In this document: piece by piece, positions 1 to 7,823 of the stretch | Layout of the letters: every line of letters starts with the position of its first letter | Position numbering within the stretch: the first letter of the stretch is position 1 | Source: Pseudomonadota bacterium | GTDB lineage: Bacteria > Pseudomonadota > Alphaproteobacteria > Paracaedibacterales > CAIOTO01 | Assembly: GCA_040387495.1 (NCBI GenBank) | Contig: JAZKDQ010000003.1 | Coordinates: forward strand, 175,182-195,181 | Reading direction: 5' to 3' | Length of the DNA stretch: 20,000 nt | The notes under the pieces: generated by a model | What the model was told of the DNA's origin: nothing | Seen by the model: only the letters and a program-made list of their open reading frames with translations | The model's database searches: none | Program-made: the position numbers and the translations under genes

Positions 1-510
1 GCACTCACTGGGCGTTTAACACTTGCGCGTGCTTCTAATACGCCTGGCCGCACACAAATGCTTAATTTTTTTCAGCTTTATCACGAACTGATTTTGGTTG
101 ATATGCCGGGATATGGTTATGCGGAAGCACCAAAAGCATTGGTTGCGCAGTGGCAGCAACTGGTGCGTCAATACTTGCTTGGCCGTCCTACACTAAAACG
201 TGTATATGTGCTGATAGATAGTCGTCACGGTATAAAAGTGAACGATATAGAAATGATGAAAATGCTAGATGAAACAGCTGTATCATATCAAGTTGTGTTG
301 ACTAAAACTGATAAAATTAGCATGGCTGCTTTGGTGAAAGTACAGGAAGAAACGCAAATTGCAATTAAGAAGCATGGTGCAGCATTTCCTGTGCTAGGTG
401 TGACAAGTTCGGAAAAACGTCTTGGTATTGCAGAGCTGCGCGCTGAAATCGCAAAGCTCTGTCCTGGTCATAAAATGCTTGGTTTTACTGAGACCGTGTT
501 CGGGGAGTAG
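1..510 (+). CDS. engB: Ribosome biogenesis GTPase EngB/YihA (5'-truncated by window edge)
   Basis: Frame 1 is open from base 1 ([25 protein letters not shown]2 region), followed by G3 DMPGYG, LIDSRHG, G4 TKTDK and G5 TSS. Stop TAG at 508-510. Confidence 0.95.
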   Translation, partial: ALTGRLTLARASNTPGRTQMLNFFQLYHELILVDMPGYGYAEAPKALVAQWQQLVRQYLLGRPTLKRVYVLIDSRHGIKVNDIEMMKMLDETAVSYQVVLTKTDKISMAALVKVQEETQIAIKKHGAAFPVLGVTSSEKRLGIAELRAEIAKLCPGHKMLGFTETVFGE

Positions 511-514
511 GGCA

Positions 515-1426
515 TTACTCTCTCAATAATGCTTCAGTCATAAATGACGTATTATGCTTCATCAAGGCTATGTAATCGTATGCAACTCCGCCTTCTTCCG
601 ATAATGAATCTGCATAGAGTAGATCATCTGCCTGGATTTTAATGCCTGTTTCATCGGCAATCTGACGAATGATATTACGGTTAGCCAGATTTTCAAAAAA
701 AATTGCCTTTATATTCTCAGCTTTGATTTGATTGATGAGTAGAGCCACGGTTTTTGAATCAGCTTCTGCTTCAGTGCTAAGACCAACTGGCGCATTGAAC
801 GTAACACCATATGCTTTTCCATAGTAATAAAAGGCATCGTGTGTTGTTATGATTTTTCGCTTTTCGCGAGGTGTCTTTGAAATTTTACTTCGTATCCAAG
901 CGTCAAGCTTAACTAATTCTGCGTCATAGGCGCGTGCATTATTGCTAATAATAGTGGCAGCCTTGGGAAGTTTTTCACATAAAACAGAACTTATGTTTTT
1001 GATCATTTGCCGAACTTTTTGAACATCATGCCACAGGTGAGGGTCTGGCGCTGGTAAAAGCCTTGCCTCAACGCCCTTCGACGCTTGGAAAAGTGTTGTA
1101 TGTGCAGAGGAGGGGGATGCAAAATTGCTCATCCAGCATTCAAAAGATAAACCAATTGTAATAATTAAATTTGCTTCTTCAAGTGCCTTTGCATCCATTG
1201 GAGTGATTTGATACACATGTGGATCGCTTTTTATAGGCACAAGGCTTTTCGTTGAAATAACTGCTACTTCTGCAGGAATATTACGCGTTAATATATTAAT
1301 CCAGTTTTCAAGCAATGAAAAACTGGTCACAATCTTAAATTCAGATGGACCATTTGACGAGAAAGTACTAGAAATTTGGGTGCAAAATACGATACAAATA
1401 AATAGAACGTAAATAATTCGCATCAT
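515..1426 (-). CDS. Metal (Zn/Mn/Fe) ABC transporter substrate-binding protein, ZnuA/TroA (cluster A-I) family
   Basis: Motifs DPHVY, DPHLW, THDAFYYY and DSLS give a 3His+Asp metal site. The start is placed at ATG 1426 (or 1423) because MMRIIYVLFICIVFC looks like a signal peptide and the longer ORF-track start would overlap ybgC. Confidence 0.9.
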   Translation of the reverse strand: MMRIIYVLFICIVFCTQISSTFSSNGPSEFKIVTSFSLLENWINILTRNIPAEVAVISTKSLVPIKSDPHVYQITPMDAKALEEANLIITIGLSFECWMSNFASPSSAHTTLFQASKGVEARLLPAPDPHLWHDVQKVRQMIKNISSVLCEKLPKAATIISNNARAYDAELVKLDAWIRSKISKTPREKRKIITTHDAFYYYGKAYGVTFNAPVGLSTEAEADSKTVALLINQIKAENIKAIFFENLANRNIIRQIADETGIKIQADDLLYADSLSEEGGVAYDYIALMKHNTSFMTEALLRE

Positions 1427-1444
1427 GTGCTTGAACCTTATAGT

Positions 1445-1834
1445 ATGAACGTATATAACGTAACAGTTTTTCTTGAAGACACCGACGCGGGTGGAGTGGT
1501 TTATCACGCGCGTTATTTGAATTTCATGGAACGATGTCGTACACGATTCTTTTACCACAAAGGGATTGATCATGCACAGCTTATTACATCACATACAGGG
1601 CATTTTCTTGTAAGTAGAGTTGGCATTGATTTTATTAAGCCTGCTTGTTTGGGAGATGAGTTAGCTGTTACACTCGAACATATCGATATCCGAGGTGCTT
1701 CAATTGAGTGTGTTCAGCGAATTACGAGGCAAGAACAACTTCTTGTGAAAGCAACGGTCACACTGGTTTTTGTAAATCCAGGAACAGGAAAGCCAATACG
1801 GATGCCTGAATTATTAAAAGCAAAGATGCACTAA
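1445..1834 (+). CDS. ybgC: Tol-Pal-associated acyl-CoA thioesterase YbgC
   Basis: EDTDAGGVVYHARYLNFMER is the YbgC hot-dog fold signature, and the gene sits directly upstream of tolQ. ATG 1445 is preferred over GTG 1427. Confidence 0.92.
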   Translation: MNVYNVTVFLEDTDAGGVVYHARYLNFMERCRTRFFYHKGIDHAQLITSHTGHFLVSRVGIDFIKPACLGDELAVTLEHIDIRGASIECVQRITRQEQLLVKATVTLVFVNPGTGKPIRMPELLKAKMH

Positions 1835-1875
1835 GCGCGCATTAACATTGACAAAATATAAGGACTGAAATTTTT

Positions 1876-2625
1876 ATGGATACTTCTCAAATGGCACAAA
1901 TACCCAACGCTGTTGCAGGACAAATGTCCCACATGCCAGGGGCGCTTAATACGAGTATGTGGGATATGTTTTTAGGTGCTGAGCCCATTATTATACTTAT
2001 TATGATCGGGTTGATGGTGGCCTCCATTTGGTCATGGACAATCATTCTTAATAAAGTATATCGTTTGCGTCGTATGAATTCGGCAGCTGATAAATTTGAA
2101 GACGCTTTCTGGTCTGGCGGTGCACTTGATGATTTATATGAGCGGATTCACAAAAACCCAAAAGATCCATTATCAATGATTTTTTGTGCTGCAATGCGTG
2201 AATGGCGCCGCACCCTTTCAAAAGGCAAAGTTCATACAAATGAATTTCGTGGTACTCTTGAGCAACGAATTGATCGCGTGATGCAGCTTACACTTGGTCG
2301 CGAGATGGAACAACTTGAACGCTACATGACGTTCCTTGCGTCTCTCGGTTCAAACGGAATGATTGTTGGTTTATTCGGAACAGTTTTGGGTATTATGAAT
2401 AGCTTCGGCGCGATTGCCGCACAGCAAAGTGCAAATTTAGCCGTTGTTGCACCTGGTATTGCTGAAGCACTATTTGCTACAGCGATTGGCCTCATTGCAG
2501 CCATTCCTGCAGCAATAGCCTATAACAAAATATCAAGTGATTTGAATCGGTATGCGAATCGTCTCGACGCTTTTTCTAGTGAATTTATTTCTATAATCTC
2601 GCGTCAACTTGAAGAGAATGTGTAA
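1876..2625 (+). CDS. tolQ: Tol-Pal inner-membrane motor protein TolQ
   Basis: SIWSWTII TM1, FEDAFWSG, GLFGTVLGIMNSF and VVAPGIAEALFATAIGL. AGGA RBS near 1861. Confidence 0.95.
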   Translation: MDTSQMAQIPNAVAGQMSHMPGALNTSMWDMFLGAEPIIILIMIGLMVASIWSWTIILNKVYRLRRMNSAADKFEDAFWSGGALDDLYERIHKNPKDPLSMIFCAAMREWRRTLSKGKVHTNEFRGTLEQRIDRVMQLTLGREMEQLERYMTFLASLGSNGMIVGLFGTVLGIMNSFGAIAAQQSANLAVVAPGIAEALFATAIGLIAAIPAAIAYNKISSDLNRYANRLDAFSSEFISIISRQLEENV

Positions 2626-2631
2626 GACAAT

Positions 2632-3231
2632 ATGGCAGGAAATCTTTCTTCAAATAATACTGGTCGTTCTAATAGACGCCGACGCAGTTTTCGTCCAACA
2701 AGCGATATTAATGTAACGCCACTCGTTGACGTTATGTTGGTGTTATTAATTGTCTTTATGGTAACAGCGCCGATGTTAACTGTTGGCGTTCCCGTGGATT
2801 TGCCAAAAACACAAGCTGCACAAATGAATGACCAAGTTGAGCCGCTTGTTGTATCAATTGATGTGAATGGTAAGACATATTTTCAAGAAAATGAATTACC
2901 ATTGCCTGATATTTTGAAAAAATTAACCGAAGCTTCGGATGGTAAACCAGACACGAAAATCTATGTGCGTGGTGATAAAAAACTGCCTTATGGGCAAATT
3001 ATGGAAACAATGGGCGCAATTGCGGCAGCAGGTTTTTCGCGTGTTTCTTTAATTGCAGAGCTCCCTATGCCAAATCATGCTGCGCCTAAGGTTGAGCATC
3101 AAAAACAAGAGAAACCTATGACACCGGCTGTTACTACGTCTCAGAAAACAACAGTGGAGCGACCAAAACTTTTGATTCCTAAGGCGACACCACCTGCCGC
3201 TGCATCAAATAGGACAAGGCCGCCCTTATGA
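2632..3231 (+). CDS. tolR: Tol-Pal protein TolR (ExbD family) with long C-terminal extension
   Basis: DINVTPLVDVMLVLLIVFMVTAP TM motif and IYVRGDKKLPYG periplasmic motif. Lies between tolQ and tolA. Confidence 0.95.
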   Translation: MAGNLSSNNTGRSNRRRRSFRPTSDINVTPLVDVMLVLLIVFMVTAPMLTVGVPVDLPKTQAAQMNDQVEPLVVSIDVNGKTYFQENELPLPDILKKLTEASDGKPDTKIYVRGDKKLPYGQIMETMGAIAAAGFSRVSLIAELPMPNHAAPKVEHQKQEKPMTPAVTTSQKTTVERPKLLIPKATPPAAASNRTRPPL

Positions 3232-4199
3232 AACGCGCTGCTATTGTCTCATTACTCATACATATTTTTATCTTTATTCTTATTTTAGTAGGAATAGGTG
3301 ACCCCTTTAATCGTTTGATTAAAGACAATAGTCCTATGGTCATTGATTTTGTAAACGTGGCAGAGACATCAGCAGCACCAAAGCTATCCCCAATAAATCA
3401 GAAAAAGCAGGATGCTGTAAAACCACTTGCTGAAACAAAACCTCAAGAAACGACGCCTCCACCACCAGAGGAAAAGAAGGTTCTTGAAGAAACTAAGATA
3501 AAGTCAGAACCAAAGCCTGAGCCAAAATCAGAACCGAAAAAGGAAGAGCCAAAAGTTGATCCTGACGCTGCACCTATCTTGAAAAAAGATCCAAAGAAAC
3601 AAGAGCCTAAAAAAGATAATAAAAAAGATAATAAAAAAGATGACAAGAAAAAAGATATTGTAAAACCAAAAGCGGACAAGCAAAAAGAAACCTTGAAAGA
3701 TCAAAAGAAAACAAAAAAGACAGATGATAAAGCCCTTGTGAATTTGCATAAGGCAAAGACAAACGATAAAAATAAAAAACCAGATGCGAAAGCTAAAAAT
3801 TCAGCGAAGGCTATGGATGATCTTTTAAATAAACTAGTTGATGAGGATGGTAGTGATCAGCAGGGGGCGCCTGCAGATTCGGTTGGTGCGACTTTAACTG
3901 CTAATGAAATTGATGCTGTGCGCCAAGCAATTCGAAAATGTTGGACGTTCCATGCAGGGTCTCAAGGTGCTAAGGATATTGTCGTTGATATCCAGATGGA
4001 GCTTGAACCTGATGGAACTGTCAAAACAGCAGAAATTATGGATAAAGATCGCATGGCAAAAGATCCTGCGTTTAGAACAGCAGCAGAAAGCGCAAAGCGT
4101 GCAGTGCTAGACAAAGATTGTAGTCCATTACCATTTCCACCTAAGAAATATGAACAATGGAAGACAAGCGCATTCCGCTTTAATCCAAAAGATATGTGA
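3228..4199 (+). CDS. tolA: Cell envelope integrity protein TolA
   Basis: N-terminal TM with S-x3-H motif (SLLIH), a long K/E/P/D-rich linker, and an alphaproteobacterial-type C-domain (IRKCW...AAESAKRAV...CSPLPFP...YEQWK...FNP). ATGA overlap with tolR. Confidence 0.88.
   Translation: MKRAAIVSLLIHIFIFILILVGIGDPFNRLIKDNSPMVIDFVNVAETSAAPKLSPINQKKQDAVKPLAETKPQETTPPPPEEKKVLEETKIKSEPKPEPKSEPKKEEPKVDPDAAPILKKDPKKQEPKKDNKKDNKKDDKKKDIVKPKADKQKETLKDQKKTKKTDDKALVNLHKAKTNDKNKKPDAKAKNSAKAMDDLLNKLVDEDGSDQQGAPADSVGATLTANEIDAVRQAIRKCWTFHAGSQGAKDIVVDIQMELEPDGTVKTAEIMDKDRMAKDPAFRTAAESAKRAVLDKDCSPLPFPPKKYEQWKTSAFRFNPKDM
3609..3644 (+). repeat. 12-bp tandem repeat in tolA linker (KKDN-KKDN-KKDD)
   Basis: AAAAAAGATAAT twice, followed by AAAAAAGATGAC. 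Confidence 0.8.
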
Positions 4200-4216
4200 T
4201 AATATTTTTATTATTC

Positions 4217-4243
4217 TCGTGCTTGAGTTACGACTCTGTACGA
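4217..4243. terminator. Stem-loop between convergent tolA and amidase genes, possible terminator
   Basis: TCGTGC-TT-GAGT-TACG-ACTC-T-GTACGA forms an interrupted 10-bp stem with a 4-nt loop, flanked by AT-rich sequence. No clean U-tract. Confidence 0.4.
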
Positions 4244-4296
4244 ATATTAATTGGAATGTTGTAATCTCCCGTCATGGCATAGCGTAATGATGGCCA

Positions 4297-4833
4297 TTAA
4301 GATGCGTAGCTTTTAAGCCTCGCCCTTAAATCATCCCAATCGAAATGTGGTCCCGGATCAATTTTTCTTGTCGGCGCAATATCATTGTGGCCAACGATAT
4401 GGTCTGTAGGAATTGAAAATCTAATCTGTAAATCACGCACTAGGTCAGCCAACGCCTGCATTTGAACACTAGGGTAGGGTGGCCATTCCCCAAATTGTTC
4501 TTTATAGGTCATCCCGCCATTGTGCAATTCAATTCCAATAGAATTATTATTTACATTATCACATCCATTCCAATGGCTGACGCCGGCATGCCATGCACGC
4601 TTATCATCAGAAACCAATTGGTATATAGTTCCATCATCATCAATAAGGTAGTGCGCGCTAAGTTGTGATGCTGGGTCAAGATGACACGCAAGAAATTCTT
4701 CAAAAATCAAATAATCCGTATAATGTACCACTATGCAATTAATAGGCTGACCCTCAGGGCGATCATTAAAATTCGATGATAGTCGTGCAAGGATTGTGCG
4801 ACCGGAGGGCAGTGTTCGAGTTTTAAGTGTCAT
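4297..4833 (-). CDS. N-acetylmuramoyl-L-alanine amidase, Amidase_2 (AmpD-like)
   Basis: VVHYT, SAHYLI, RAWHAGVSHW, NNNSIGIEL and VGHNDIAPTRKIDPG, with Zn ligands and catalytic Glu intact. No signal peptide or PG-binding domain seen. Confidence 0.92.
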   Translation of the reverse strand: MTLKTRTLPSGRTILARLSSNFNDRPEGQPINCIVVHYTDYLIFEEFLACHLDPASQLSAHYLIDDDGTIYQLVSDDKRAWHAGVSHWNGCDNVNNNSIGIELHNGGMTYKEQFGEWPPYPSVQMQALADLVRDLQIRFSIPTDHIVGHNDIAPTRKIDPGPHFDWDDLRARLKSYAS

Positions 4834-5444
4834 ACAAAGAAGAACCCCATTTTTTTAAATCCTTGTGGATTAGACATTTTATTAATAGATTGTAATACAT
4901 AGTTTGCTGCTTGAAATGGTGAAACGTTGGTTGTATCAATTTTAATATCGTATTCTCGGATGCCATCATGAACGCGATTAATTTGACCATTTGCTAAGCC
5001 AAGGGCACGATCACGTCTTAGTATTTCTCTCTCTTGCATTTGCTTTAGATCGCAAAAAATGCCAATGAAATAAACGGTGTGTTCTTTAAGTTGATCGACA
5101 TACGTTCTTAAAACAGAATCGCCAAATAAAACTTCATCAATGATCATGTCATTACCTTGGTCTGCGAGTGTTTTTGCAATGGTTGGAGCTTTGCCAAAAA
5201 CACGTTCCCCGAGGGCCCCTTCTTTAATATTTATAAGAGGACCATTTTCATTTTGACTGGGTACAAAAGAAAAATATCCTTCATGCACTTTTTCGCCACC
5301 AGCAATGTATTGAGTTGGCAGCATATCGATAAGCATATCCATACTGAAATGTAGCAAAGCATTTGGACTTAAGTGTTGTAAGCTATGTGCTATAGATGTT
5401 TTTCCTGACGAACCACATCCATTTAAAAAAATGATTAAACTCAT
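4830..5444 (-). CDS. Chloramphenicol phosphotransferase (CPT)-like P-loop kinase
   Basis: IIFLNGCGSSGKTSIA P-loop, GNDMIIDEV, ERE..RRDR..GLA and YDIKIDTT match the CPT family pattern. 204 aa. Confidence 0.85.
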   Translation of the reverse strand: MSLIIFLNGCGSSGKTSIAHSLQHLSPNALLHFSMDMLIDMLPTQYIAGGEKVHEGYFSFVPSQNENGPLINIKEGALGERVFGKAPTIAKTLADQGNDMIIDEVLFGDSVLRTYVDQLKEHTVYFIGIFCDLKQMQEREILRRDRALGLANGQINRVHDGIREYDIKIDTTNVSPFQAANYVLQSINKMSNPQGFKKMGFFFV

Positions 5445-5510
5445 TTCTTCACAAAATCCTTAATAAACTATATACTATTATAAAATATCATAATATGTGA
5501 GCCTTGTATC

Positions 5511-5600
5511 GTGAAAATTTTATCTCAATAAGCCCAGTTCAGGGCAAAACCTAAGGCGCACCAAATCTGGTTGAGCCGTTGTTTTAAGTTCCTTTGACTT
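5511..5600 (+). promoter_or_regulatory. Putative structured leader of ABC-F gene (short uORF plus hairpins)
   Basis: GTG AAA ATT TTA TCT CAA TAA (5511-5531), followed by GC-richer hairpins GCCC/GGGC (5532-5545) and GGC..ACCA/TGGT..GCC (5555-5577) in an otherwise AT-rich spacer. Confidence 0.3.
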
Positions 5601-5615
5601 ATTTGAGAGTTTTTT

Positions 5616-7052
5616 ATGACACATATTACAATTAAAGACCTATGTCTATCGTTCCCCCATAAAGTTTGTTTTGAATCCTTTTCTGCGCATGTTCCGTCTG
5701 GCAGTCGTATTGGTATTATTGGCGTAAATGGCAGTGGAAAATCTACTTTGCTGAAGATACTTCAAGGAGAGGTGTTGCCGACGGATGGTGTTATCAAAAT
5801 GCCTGATAATGTTCAAATAGGTTATGTGCCGCAGCTGATCGAAGGTTTTGATTCACTTAGTGGTGGACAAAAATTTAATGCAGCGTTGACCGAGGCTCTT
5901 GCACAAAACCCAGATGTATTGCTCCTGGATGAGCCAACAAATCATTTGGATGCTAATAACCGAAAATCGTTAATGCGTTTGCTTCATAGTTATAATGACA
6001 CGCTGATTATTGTTACACATGATGTGGAACTGCTGCGCACTATAATTGATACGATCTGGCATATTGATCAGGGTGAAATCCAAGTGTTCACTGGCAATTA
6101 TGATGATTATATGCGCGAATGTGGAATTAAACGTGCAAGGATTGAACATGAATTAAATCAGTTTAATCAACAAAAGAAAGACGTGCATCAATCATTGATG
6201 AGAGAGCAAGCGCGTGCTAAGAATAGTTCTCTACATGGTGTGAAAATGATAGAGCAACGAAAGTGGCCAACTGTTTCTTCTGCTGCCAAGGTACGAAGAG
6301 CTGTTGAAACATCTGGTCAGAAAAAAAGAACAATAAGTGATGAACGCGAGGATCTTATTAAAAAATTACGCGATGTACGTTTGCCAGAACTAATCAAGCC
6401 TACATTTTCGTTAAACGCAGATGATATTGGTGTTCGGACTCTTGTTGCTATAACCGATGGAAGTGTTGGATGTTGTGCTGATCAGCCAATTGTTTCGGAT
6501 ATACATTTGTCAATTCTAAGTGGCGAGAGAATTACTATTTCCGGTGATAATGGCTCAGGAAAAACAACGCTTATTAAAGGCATTTTAAATAATTCTGCTA
6601 TTATACGTTCTGGCAGTTGGGTTGTACCAAAAATGGGCGATATTGGATATCTTGATCAAAGCTATGGCACCCTTGATCCAACACAAACAGTCTTTGAAAC
6701 GATCCATTTATTAGTGCCAGATTGGACGCATGCAGAAATTCGAAAACATCTGAACGATTTTCTTTTTCGTAAGAATGAAGAAGTAAATTCACGCGTAGCA
6801 AAACTTTCAGGTGGTGAGCAGGCAAGATTATCGCTTGCACAAATAGGTGCAAAGACGCCGAAGTTGTTGATTCTTGATGAAATTACAAACAATCTTGATC
6901 GAGAAGCGCGTGCACATGTAATTGATGTTTTAAATGTGTACCCTGGTGCAATGATTGCTATTTCCCATGATGAGAATTTTTTAGCGAGAATTGGAATCTG
7001 CACTGTTTATCGTGTGGATAATGGAAAACTAAAAAGGATCTTATTATCTTGA
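5616..7052 (+). CDS. ABC-F family ATPase (two NBDs, no TMD), ribosome-protection-like
   Basis: NBD1 GVNGSGKST/LSGGQ/LLLDEPTNHLD and NBD2 GDNGSGKTT/LSGGE/LILDEITNNLD, joined by a helical linker starting GNYDDY. No hydrophobic segments. Confidence 0.9.
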   Translation: MTHITIKDLCLSFPHKVCFESFSAHVPSGSRIGIIGVNGSGKSTLLKILQGEVLPTDGVIKMPDNVQIGYVPQLIEGFDSLSGGQKFNAALTEALAQNPDVLLLDEPTNHLDANNRKSLMRLLHSYNDTLIIVTHDVELLRTIIDTIWHIDQGEIQVFTGNYDDYMRECGIKRARIEHELNQFNQQKKDVHQSLMREQARAKNSSLHGVKMIEQRKWPTVSSAAKVRRAVETSGQKKRTISDEREDLIKKLRDVRLPELIKPTFSLNADDIGVRTLVAITDGSVGCCADQPIVSDIHLSILSGERITISGDNGSGKTTLIKGILNNSAIIRSGSWVVPKMGDIGYLDQSYGTLDPTQTVFETIHLLVPDWTHAEIRKHLNDFLFRKNEEVNSRVAKLSGGEQARLSLAQIGAKTPKLLILDEITNNLDREARAHVIDVLNVYPGAMIAISHDENFLARIGICTVYRVDNGKLKRILLS

Positions 7053-7106
7053 TTATCTTTCTGCTTTTTAGGTACTGTGAGTAAACTATTTTAAACTGAG
7101 TGTTTT

Positions 7107-7802
7107 ATGAAATTAGCTATCCATCACTTTGAATCCGTCGTGAGCACAAATGAACTTTGCAAGCATTATGTAAATGAAGGTGCTGGTGAAGGTGCTATTA
7201 TTTTAGCTGATATGCAAACTGCTGGTAAAGGGCGGCACGGCCGTGTGTGGGCATCACCAGTAGGCAATTTATATACATCGATCTTGTTGACACCATCGGT
7301 TTATGAGGATGCACCGCCGATAAAAGCATACGCACAACTGGCATTTATGACTGGGCTAGGGGTGATAAAAGGATTGGAATCACTTGGTGCATCAGGCGTT
7401 CAATTGAAATGGCCCAATGATGGTCTCGTTAATGGGCAAAAGCTATTTGGTATTTTGGTTGAATGTGTGGATGATGCTGTCATTGTGGGGATCGGTGTCA
7501 ACGTCAATCATGCGCCTGAAGATGTTGGTCAGGCAACAACATCATTGAAAGCGCTATTGGGTTCAGAGCTCGATGTTGCGGATGTATTCCATGCTGTATT
7601 AAAAAGTTTTTGGCAGGTTTATCGCCAGTGGATATCTGAAGGATTTGATGCTATTCGTTCTGAATGTATGACGCACGCGCTTGGGCTCAATACAGAAATG
7701 ACGTTTGAGGATAAGACGGGTGTATTCACTGGTGTTTCAGATGATGGTGCCTTGTTGTTAACGGCAATAGATGGGACTGTGCATGCAATTGTAACGGTTT
7801 AG
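7107..7802 (+). CDS. birA: Biotin--[acetyl-CoA-carboxylase] ligase (no N-terminal HTH)
   Basis: STN, QTAGKGRHGRVW, KWPND, KLFGILVE, GIGVN and C-terminal GVSDDGALLL. Confidence 0.93.
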   Translation: MKLAIHHFESVVSTNELCKHYVNEGAGEGAIILADMQTAGKGRHGRVWASPVGNLYTSILLTPSVYEDAPPIKAYAQLAFMTGLGVIKGLESLGASGVQLKWPNDGLVNGQKLFGILVECVDDAVIVGIGVNVNHAPEDVGQATTSLKALLGSELDVADVFHAVLKSFWQVYRQWISEGFDAIRSECMTHALGLNTEMTFEDKTGVFTGVSDDGALLLTAIDGTVHAIVTV

Positions 7803-7823
7803 TACTCCGTTACATATTTTTAA

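Noticed and set aside
1427..1573. Extended 352-aa start for the metal SBP given by the ORF track
   Set aside because: It would overlap about 130-150 nt of ybgC on the other strand and bury the signal peptide. ATG 1426/1423 fits better.
3443..3749. Phe/Leu/Ser-rich minus-strand ORFs resembling membrane peptides
   Set aside because: Reverse complement of the Lys-rich tolA linker. The same applies to 14862-15263 inside the cyclase.
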